A stretch of DNA of 64,000 nucleotides, taken from the NCBI GenBank assembly GCA_963542625.1, contig CAUTXO010000001.1, positions 3,068 through 67,067 of the forward strand, given 5' to 3'. This document shows, one piece after another, positions 45,981-53,165 of the stretch. The notes beneath the pieces were generated by a model. It saw nothing but the letters and a program-made list of their open reading frames with translations. It made no database searches and was not told the origin of the DNA. The position numbers and the translations under genes were made by a program. Positions within the stretch are counted from its first letter, which is position 1; every line of letters starts with the position of its first letter. Origin of the DNA: an uncultured Helicobacteraceae bacterium. GTDB taxonomy: Bacteria > Campylobacterota > Campylobacteria > Campylobacterales > SZUA-545.

Positions 45981-46989
45981 TTTTATCTCCTTTTAGCTCC
46001 CCAAATGGTAGGACGTAAAAGCCTGAATATTCTTTCAAAAGCTCGTCTTTTGTGGCGTGCAAAACGTCCTTGTTTGCTAGGCTGATGAAGTATTTATACT
46101 CCCGCTGGCTTGCCGCAAATTTTTTCTTAAACCTATACACGCCGTCTTGGCCAAGCCACGTCCCGCCCCAATTCCACCATTCATAGCCAGCGCTTGCTGC
46201 CTTTTGCATTGCGGTAAAAATCACAAGCGGCAAGGCTTGAAGGCTTCTAAATTCTTCCACCACAGCTGGCGTGAAATACTCAACCGTTTTGTTGTAGTAA
46301 AAAACAAGCAAGGCCGCCACCGGCTCGCCGTTTAGATCTGCTGTAAAGATCTCGTAATCCGCTGTGGGCGTAAAAAACTCCGGCAAACGCGCAAAAAACT
46401 CCCGAGTTTTTGTCTGCCCACCAAGCTTTGAGATGTTTTGCTGGTGCGTTTGGTATAAAAAATCGCTAGCTGAATTATCCACCGCCACTCTCACGCCGGC
46501 GTTTTGCGCCTTTTTAATGTTGCGCCTTGCGCTTGCGTCAAGCCCTGCTAAGATCTCATCCGGCTTTGCAAGAGGCGTGAATTGCCCTATGCGCTTGTCC
46601 GTGTAGTCAAAGCGCGCAAGATCTTGCAAGGCGCTATCAAGCGGGTTTTGAATATACACGCTGCACGCCGCACGCGCGCTTAAGTCTTCGTAGTGCGCTT
46701 TTAACGCCTCAAAGGCTTGCTCGGCTTTGCTAAAGATCCCGCCGTTGCTGCCAAAATACGCAAGCGAATTAATCACGCGCCCGTATTTGCCACCCTTTGC
46801 CACAAGCGGCAAGGCGCCTTGTATCTCTCCGCCATCGTCTAGGGCTAGCGCATAAAGGCTTTGCGCGCCTAAAAATTCTTCCAAAAACCGCTTGTATTTC
46901 ACGCTATGGTAAAAAAGGCTGTGCGAAAACTCGTGCAAAAATCGCTCGTATCTTTCAAAAAGCGGCTCATCAAGCGTTACAATTTTCAT
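45958..46989 (-). CDS. FemAB-like / GNAT-fold aminoacyl- or acyl-transferase
   Basis: About 343 aa from the ATG at 46989 (ATGA overlap with the upstream stop). The C-terminal part (NGEPVAALLVFYYNKTVEYF...YRFKKKF) resembles FemAB/lipid II glycyltransferase-like families seen in EPS loci. Confidence 0.55.
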   Translation of the reverse strand: MKIVTLDEPLFERYERFLHEFSHSLFYHSVKYKRFLEEFLGAQSLYALALDDGGEIQGALPLVAKGGKYGRVINSLAYFGSNGGIFSKAEQAFEALKAHYEDLSARAACSVYIQNPLDSALQDLARFDYTDKRIGQFTPLAKPDEILAGLDASARRNIKKAQNAGVRVAVDNSASDFLYQTHQQNISKLGGQTKTREFFARLPEFFTPTADYEIFTADLNGEPVAALLVFYYNKTVEYFTPAVVEEFRSLQALPLVIFTAMQKAASAGYEWWNWGGTWLGQDGVYRFKKKFAASQREYKYFISLANKDVLHATKDELLKEYSGFYVLPFGELKGDKNDEQQNN

Positions 46990-48995
46990 AAGATCCCTTG
47001 CGCTGCATAGGTTTGCAACCATTTTTCAAAGTTAATCAAGCTCCAAATAAAAAGCCGCCTGTTTTCCTTGCCGTCAAAGTGGCGCTGGGCGATTTCGCGC
47101 ACTTTTTTAGGGTCTAAAAACTCATACATCGCCGCGTTTTTATTGCCGATGACAAGGCGCACAAAATCCACGCTCTGCCCCCTAAACCACGTGCTATCCG
47201 GGCTTGAAAAGCCCTGCTTTACACCCGCTGCGATGTCTTGCGGAATGTAATCTTTTACCGCTTGGCGCAAGATCTTCTTGCCGTCGTTTGTCTTTTGAAA
47301 GTAGGTGCTAGCCTTAGAAAGGCTGTTTTCATCAATTTTTACCACTTCCTGCAAATTAGCTAGCTTAAAATTAACGGGCAAGCTGCAAGCAAAATCCACA
47401 AGATCATTGTCTAAAAACGGCACGCGCGTTTCTAGCCCGTGCGCCATAGAAAGCTTGTCTTCAACCGTCAGCAAGCCGCGCAAAAAGGTCTTTGCTTCAA
47501 AGTAAAGAGAATGGTTGATGTAGTCCTGCGGCGAGTTATTTTTAACGTTTTTCTTAAAGACGTTTCTAAAGATCTCAATCGTCTGCACGTGCGCCACATC
47601 AGATCTAATAGGCTCAAAGAGTTCTTTTAGGTCGCGGTTTGGTAGCAATCTTTGCCAAAAAACGTAGTATTTGTTGATGTAATCGTCAAAATTCGTGCTG
47701 GCTGCGGCGCGGTAATACCGCCACGGATACCCGCCAAAGAGTTCGTCGCCGCCAATGCCGCTTAGCGCCACCTTGACAAAACGGCTAGCAAGCTTTGAGG
47801 CGTAGAAGTTTGGGTAGCTCTGCCCAATGCGCGGCTCTTCTAAATGATACGCAAAAAGCGGCAAGCAACGCTGCATATCGCCAGATTTTAGCACCATCTC
47901 GTAATGCTCGGTTTGGAAGATATAGCTAAGGCGCTCCGCGCGCGCGCGCTCGTCAAAGCTTAGCTCTATCCCGCTTGCGCTGCTTAGATCAAAGCCCACT
48001 GTAAAGGTTTTTAAAAGTGGCAATTTTGACGCCGCCACAGCCGTTATGCTGCCGCTATCTATGCCGCCTGATAAAAAACTGCCGATCTCAACGTCGCTAG
48101 CAAGCTGGCGCGAAACGGCTTGCGCAAAGAGTTCTTTTAGCTTTTTGGTAGCGGATACTTCATCTAGCGAGCCATCTTGAAAGAAGTTAAAATCCCAATA
48201 AAGGCTTTTTTTAAAGCTCCTTTTGTTTAGATCTAGCTCAATAAAAGATCCTGGCTCTAGGAGCCTAATCTCAGCAAAAAACGTCCTATCTGTAAAGATA
48301 TTTTGAAAGGTAAAATACTCATAAAACGCCGCCTTATCAAGGGAAAAGCTAAGATCTTTATATTCTAAAATCGCCTTATTTTCGCTCGCAAAAATGAAAA
48401 ACCCGTCTTTAAAGTAGTAGTAAAGCGGCTTAATGCCGTAGCGGTCACGCGCGATGAAAAACTTCTTTTTGCGGTTATCCCACAGCGCAAAGGCAAACAT
48501 ACCGTTAAATTCCTTGACGCAAGCCGTGCCGTAGTGAATGTAGGCGTATAAAATCACTTCTGTATCGCTTGAAGTTTTGAACTTATACCCAAGCGCGGCG
48601 AGCCTTGCGCGAAGATCTTGGTAGTTGTAGATCTCGCCGTTAAAAACAATCCAAACTTCGCGGGAGATGTCGCTCATTGGCTGATGCGCGGCGGGGCTAA
48701 GATCTATAATGCTAAGGCGTCTGTGCGCCATCATAAGGTCGTAATCGTGGAAGTTCAGCTCAGCCTGCGCACTCTCGTCTTCTTCGCACATCAAAAGCGG
48801 GGAAATGGCTTTAAAATTTCTGTCCGTTAGGTTTTGGTAAAACGAAACGCCAGGCGCGGATTTTGTCCCCGTGTGAAAATACAAATACCCAGCGTCGTCC
48901 CTGCCCCTGTGAGCGATTTTATCCGCCATAGGCCTTAATAAAGCCGGATTTACAAAGGGCTTATCCAAGCTTAACGCACCGACAATTCCGCACAT
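46986..48995 (-). CDS. Asparagine synthase (glutamine-hydrolysing) family amidotransferase; first gene of the operon
   Basis: MCGIVG Ntn nucleophile, HRRLSIIDLS and PP-loop FLSGGIDSGSITAVA. 669 aa. Confidence 0.85.
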   Translation of the reverse strand: MCGIVGALSLDKPFVNPALLRPMADKIAHRGRDDAGYLYFHTGTKSAPGVSFYQNLTDRNFKAISPLLMCEEDESAQAELNFHDYDLMMAHRRLSIIDLSPAAHQPMSDISREVWIVFNGEIYNYQDLRARLAALGYKFKTSSDTEVILYAYIHYGTACVKEFNGMFAFALWDNRKKKFFIARDRYGIKPLYYYFKDGFFIFASENKAILEYKDLSFSLDKAAFYEYFTFQNIFTDRTFFAEIRLLEPGSFIELDLNKRSFKKSLYWDFNFFQDGSLDEVSATKKLKELFAQAVSRQLASDVEIGSFLSGGIDSGSITAVAASKLPLLKTFTVGFDLSSASGIELSFDERARAERLSYIFQTEHYEMVLKSGDMQRCLPLFAYHLEEPRIGQSYPNFYASKLASRFVKVALSGIGGDELFGGYPWRYYRAAASTNFDDYINKYYVFWQRLLPNRDLKELFEPIRSDVAHVQTIEIFRNVFKKNVKNNSPQDYINHSLYFEAKTFLRGLLTVEDKLSMAHGLETRVPFLDNDLVDFACSLPVNFKLANLQEVVKIDENSLSKASTYFQKTNDGKKILRQAVKDYIPQDIAAGVKQGFSSPDSTWFRGQSVDFVRLVIGNKNAAMYEFLDPKKVREIAQRHFDGKENRRLFIWSLINFEKWLQTYAAQGIL

Positions 48996-49330
48996 TTCTT
49001 TCCTTTAAAAACCGTTATTCTACAAAAACAAGGCAAAAGTAAGCCCGCGCGGGTTTGGTAGCGCTTAGCGCGGCTAGATCTTGCGCGCTAGATCCACGCT
49101 AGATCCGTAACAGATCTTAGCGCCCGCGCGTAACGCGTTGGCTTAGATCTAAGCGCCAAGCGTGCGGATTGGCACTGGCAAGATCTATGCTAGATCTAGC
49201 ACGCGCAAGATCTTACCCCTACGCGATGCTTTTTCTTTTTTTAATTATGGTAGGGGTAGATCTTGACTAGGATTTGCGCTAGATCTAAGCGCTTGTGTTT
49301 TTTCTTTTTTAAATTAGGGGGAAAGGGATG

Positions 49331-49672
49331 GTAGATCTTAACTAAGATCTGTTAGCTAGATCTAGAGTTAGATCTTGACTAAGATCTTTTTTTAGGGGGA
49401 AGGGGGCTTGAATTGCTGCGTCACGGCTCCCGTTCCCCTTTGAACCCCCAGCCCCCGACGACGCTTTTTAAAGGGGCATAGCTACGCTATGCAAATTAGA
49501 AAAAATAAACTGCATAGCCTTTGGCTATGCCCCTTAAGAAGCGTGCTGTGGTTTAGGGGTTTGGGGGAAGTGGGTGGCTCGCAACTTGACCCCCTTTCCC
49601 CCAAAAGAAAAAAAATACAAGATCTAATAGGCGCCTTAGAGCTAGCTAACAGATCTTAGTCAAGATCTTAGC
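49331..49672. repeat. Imperfect palindrome of about 340 bp centred near 49502
   Basis: Arm pairs: 49343-49386 with 49621-49668; 49394-49410 (agggggaagggggcttg) with 49582-49602 (caacttgaccccctttccccc); 49472-49482 (aggggcatagc) with 49524-49534 (gctatgcccct), perfect 11 bp; 49486-49493 (gctatgca) with 49511-49518 (tgcatagc), perfect 8 bp. Confidence 0.85.
49429..49456 (-). other. Canonical G-quadruplex motif (G3+N1-7 x4) on the minus strand
   Basis: The + strand reads ccc gtt cccc tttgaa ccccc ag ccccc. The mirror arm at 49556-49577 (ggggtttgggggaagtgggtgg) is a near-motif on the + strand. Confidence 0.5.
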
Positions 49673-49832
49673 CCCCAAGATCTTAGCCTTAGAAAAAACA
49701 TAAGATCTAAACGGTGCTTTAGATCTGGCTAACAGATCTTAGGCAAGATCTTAAGTCAAAGTGGGTGGCGTAAAGATCCACGCTTGGTGGTGGCGGGCAC
49801 GATTCGTGCAAGATCTCACACCGTAGATCCGG

Positions 49833-51419
49833 CTAGTTCTGCCTTAATAGATCCTGCATTTTCACAGGAATGCCGAGAATTTTTCTATACATATAGTAGT
49901 TCGTCAAAACCTTCTTGCCATAATCGCGCGACTCCTTGTATGGCACAAGCTCAATGCTTAAAAACGGGTCGTATTTGCCGCCTTTAAAGAGCTTGCTAAC
50001 GACAAGCCGGTTTGTAAAACCGCTGCCTCCGTTGTAGGCGTAGGCAATTAGGAGCGGGTTTTTTTTGTAAATGTCGCGCAGGTAGTCGATGTGCGAAACG
50101 GCGTAGAGCAAGATCCTATCAACGCTAAAAAAATCCGGCAAATAGGCGCTTTCTTTTCTTGTTTTTGCGATGCTTCTTATCAAAAATGGCATCATTTGCA
50201 TAGCGCCGATGGCGTAAGAATGCGAAAGCGCGCACGGAAAAAACCCGCTTTCTTGCTTTGCCAAAGCCAAAATTAACGCCTGATACTCCTTATCTAGCGC
50301 GGATAATTTCTTCTTCCACGGGTTGATGAAATACTCATACTCAAAGCGCTCTAGCCTAGAATAAACCGCCGCCCTAAAAGGCTCGGCGTGCGGTCCGCCA
50401 AGCTCAAGCAGCAAGTGCTTTAGATCTTGCTTACTAGCGCCGCGCAACCTTTGCAAAAAGGCGTCTAGGTAGAAAGGATCTTGCGTTTTTTTAAGCTCAA
50501 GCGGCTTGGATCTTGGCAGCGCGGGCGCGGCGGTTTTGTAGTTTGGCGGCGGGGCTAGCGCGGACTTTTCCCTAAAATAAACGGTGTAAAAGTTGATGTT
50601 TGTGCTCTCAGTAAGCCCAGCGCGCGGCTCCTTTGCGCCGGTGATAAGCCAAAGCCAGAAGTTGATTTTATCCTTGCCGCTTGAAGTTTTTGTGTGCTTT
50701 AGCGCCTGCTTTAAGCCTTTGATGGCAAGGGCTTCATTGCCTTTTTTTAGCGCCAGCATTGCGTAAAAAAACGCGGCATTTGCGCCAAGATTTTTCACGT
50801 CTAGCTTCAAAACCGAGCCGCTGATGGCATTTAGCGAAGTTTCAAGCGCAACGTGCTCGACGGATCTATCCAAATAATACCCCGCCTCAAGCGCGTCTAT
50901 GAAACCACGAGAAAGCCGCACGTCTAACTTGTTTGCGCGGCATTTTGTACCGCAAAGGCTAAAGGCTTTTACGGCGGTTTGGGCGTTTGACGTCTTGAAA
51001 TGCTTTGCGTCTGCCATATAGAATAGGATCTTAGCAAGCGCGGCGTCGGCGTCTTTGTAGCGCAGGGCTAGGACGATTTTATCGCTTTGCGAGAGCTCCG
51101 CCGCCTTTACAAAAGAAAAGCCTAGAAGCGAGCACTCAAGCGGAGCGCTCACAAGCTCTTCTGGGGCTAGCGCTTGGCATTTTAGGTAGTCCTTTAGCGC
51201 CGCGTCTTGCGTGATTTTTAGCAAGGCTTCCACGTGTGCGCGCTTAATGTCTTTGACGGAGTAGAAGATCTCTTGCGCCCGCGCCGCGTCTTGCGTGCTT
51301 TGCAAAAACAAAAGCGCGTAAAAATCCCTAGCCCTTGATGGCGGCTTGGACGCTAAAAACTCATAACTAACCGCATAAACAAAGGACGCAACAAGCAAAA
51401 AGGCTATGATTTTTTTCAA
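49833..51419 (-). CDS. slt: Soluble lytic murein transglycosylase (Slt family)
   Basis: Signal peptide, a long helical superhelical N-terminal region and a C-terminal SLT domain (LALAKQESGFFPCALSHSYAIGAMQMMPF...AYNGG). Confidence 0.85.
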   Translation of the reverse strand: MKKIIAFLLVASFVYAVSYEFLASKPPSRARDFYALLFLQSTQDAARAQEIFYSVKDIKRAHVEALLKITQDAALKDYLKCQALAPEELVSAPLECSLLGFSFVKAAELSQSDKIVLALRYKDADAALAKILFYMADAKHFKTSNAQTAVKAFSLCGTKCRANKLDVRLSRGFIDALEAGYYLDRSVEHVALETSLNAISGSVLKLDVKNLGANAAFFYAMLALKKGNEALAIKGLKQALKHTKTSSGKDKINFWLWLITGAKEPRAGLTESTNINFYTVYFREKSALAPPPNYKTAAPALPRSKPLELKKTQDPFYLDAFLQRLRGASKQDLKHLLLELGGPHAEPFRAAVYSRLERFEYEYFINPWKKKLSALDKEYQALILALAKQESGFFPCALSHSYAIGAMQMMPFLIRSIAKTRKESAYLPDFFSVDRILLYAVSHIDYLRDIYKKNPLLIAYAYNGGSGFTNRLVVSKLFKGGKYDPFLSIELVPYKESRDYGKKVLTNYYMYRKILGIPVKMQDLLRQN

Positions 51420-51694
51420 AGCATTAAACCAGCAAGCAGCCTATCGAGCGTCGTTAAAGCCAAAATGACAATCACGGGGGAGAGATCTATGCCAGAAATC
51501 ACCGTCGGCAAAAGCCGCCTAAACCTTGCAAACACAGGTTCGGTTAGGCGCAAAAGGATTTGCATAACGGGGTTAAAAGTATCCACCCTAGCCCAAGAAA
51601 GCACCGCCGCAACAATCACAACCCAAATGTAAAGCCAAATGATTTGATGAAGCAAAAACGCCAAAGCGTCTAAGATTGCGTATAAAAAATTCAT
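51416..51694 (-). CDS. yggT: YggT-family membrane protein
   Basis: 92 aa with two TM helices. ...LSWARVDTFNPVMQILLRLTEPVFARFRRLLP...IDLSPV matches the YggT pattern. Confidence 0.75.
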   Translation of the reverse strand: MNFLYAILDALAFLLHQIIWLYIWVVIVAAVLSWARVDTFNPVMQILLRLTEPVFARFRRLLPTVISGIDLSPVIVILALTTLDRLLAGLML

Positions 51695-51734
51695 ACCGTC
51701 TCCAAAAACACAAGTTTAGCCAAGCAGGCTTAAA

Positions 51735-51880
51735 CCAGCGCGGATCTTAGCTTGGATCTTGCACACCGTGAGTGACTTTACGCAATGAGACTAGCGTTAA
51801 GATCTGTCAAGATCTTACGCCCAAGATCCACAGCAAACGGCGCTAAAGATCCTAGCCCAAGATCTAGCGCCTAAGATCTT
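51735..51880. repeat. GATC-word-rich intergenic block containing a dispersed repeat copy
   Basis: 51811-51878 (gatcttacgcccaagatccacagcaaacggcgctaaagatcctagcccaagatctagcgcctaagatc) is closely related to 58799-58868. Confidence 0.8.
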
Positions 51881-51881
51881 C

Positions 51882-52586
51882 TCAAAACGGCCAAAGAAAG
51901 CTAAGGAGTTTTGTGCCCCAGCCCTTTTCTACCGAGCTTTCTACGTCGCCTTCGGTTTTGTAAAGGATCCTAGCGTCGGCAATTAAATTGGAATTTATCC
52001 TGTTTTGCAAGTCTATGTCGTAAGATCTTGCGACCCCGCTTAGCTGAATGACTTGCTTTTCGCCATTGACTAAAATTTCTTTTGAGCCTTCTATGAAATA
52101 ATTGCCGTTTGCCATCACTTTGACTATCCTAGCGGCAAGGACGGTATTGAATTGATCCGTTCTATCATTGGATCCGCTGCCTTCAAAGCTTGAGTTTGTG
52201 TTTGAGTTAAAGCCAAAGGCCGTGGCGTTTGCAATGCCCTTTGCAAGCCCGCGTGCGGCGGCGTCTGAGCCCTCATAACTAAACTTTGCCGGCGCAAGGT
52301 TTGAAAGGTTTTTGCGTTCCACTTTTTTAGAGCCCTTTGTGCTAGAGCTTGCGCGCTCGGTGATTATGACGGTTACTATGTCGTTTATTCTCATCGCTTT
52401 TCTGTCGGAAAATAGGGGGTTATCGCCGCTACCATATAAACTGCCTAAATTTTCTACGTCTTCATCTTCAGCCGATGGCATTTGCTCCACGTATTTAGGC
52501 GGTTTAAAGCTAATCTCTGGGCTCAAAGGCTTTGTGCTGCACCCGCTAAAAACAAGCGCCAAAGCCAAAAAAAATGCGTATTTCAT
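51882..52586 (-). CDS. flgH: Flagellar L-ring lipoprotein FlgH
   Basis: Lipobox LVFSGCS. DRKAMRINDIVTVII.E.....K, ARIVKVMANGNYFIEG.KEILVNGE...I.LSG..R signature. Confidence 0.9.
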   Translation of the reverse strand: MKYAFFLALALVFSGCSTKPLSPEISFKPPKYVEQMPSAEDEDVENLGSLYGSGDNPLFSDRKAMRINDIVTVIITERASSSTKGSKKVERKNLSNLAPAKFSYEGSDAAARGLAKGIANATAFGFNSNTNSSFEGSGSNDRTDQFNTVLAARIVKVMANGNYFIEGSKEILVNGEKQVIQLSGVARSYDIDLQNRINSNLIADARILYKTEGDVESSVEKGWGTKLLSFLWPF

Positions 52587-52696
52587 AACAACCTTTCAAT
52601 CAAGCTAAGTCAATTAAACTACCAGCATAGCAATAACAGTTCCGTTTGCTTAAAGTAATCATTGTATAATCGCAAAATTTTTAATGAAAGGCTACA

Positions 52697-53158
52697 ATGG
52701 AAGCGACGGAAACAACGAGCTTAAAACTACAAATCAAGAGCGATACAAAAATCGCAATGCGCGCAAAGGAAATTTTGCGGCGTGACACGCTAAGAAACAT
52801 TACAGCGGCAATCAAACAAGTAGAAATTGACGAGCAAATCGAGGCTTCAAACGAGCGCGTTTGCCAAATAATGCAGGCGATGATTAAAAAAAGAACCGAC
52901 GCCATAGAGCAATACATAGCCGGCAGACGCGACGACTTAGTATCAAGAGCGCAAAGAGAAATAGCCGTTATTAGCGAGTATTTGCCCGAGCAGCTAAGCG
53001 ATGAAGATCTAAGCGCAGAAGTTGCCAAGATCATCGCAGATCTTGGAGCCGCTGGCATTGCAGATCTTGGCAAGGTAATGCAAGAAGCCAAGGCAAGAAT
53101 AGGCGTAAGCGCGTCCGCGCAAAGGATCTCACAAGAGGCCAAAAAACAACTTTCATAG
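52697..53158 (+). CDS. GatB/YqeY-domain protein
   Basis: LKLQIKSDTKIAMRAKE...LRNITAAIKQVEIDE...EYLPEQLSDEDL...IADLG...MGKVM pattern of YqeY. Confidence 0.8.
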   Translation: MEATETTSLKLQIKSDTKIAMRAKEILRRDTLRNITAAIKQVEIDEQIEASNERVCQIMQAMIKKRTDAIEQYIAGRRDDLVSRAQREIAVISEYLPEQLSDEDLSAEVAKIIADLGAAGIADLGKVMQEAKARIGVSASAQRISQEAKKQLS

Positions 53159-53165
53159 GACGCAA

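Larger units (their letters stand above)
49070..49830. repeat. GATC-word-rich intergenic region upstream of the glycan operon
   Basis: The 837-nt ORF-free gap between slt and the first operon gene is densely packed with tagatct/aagatct/agatcc words. The word taacagatcttag occurs four times, counting both orientations. Confidence 0.85.
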
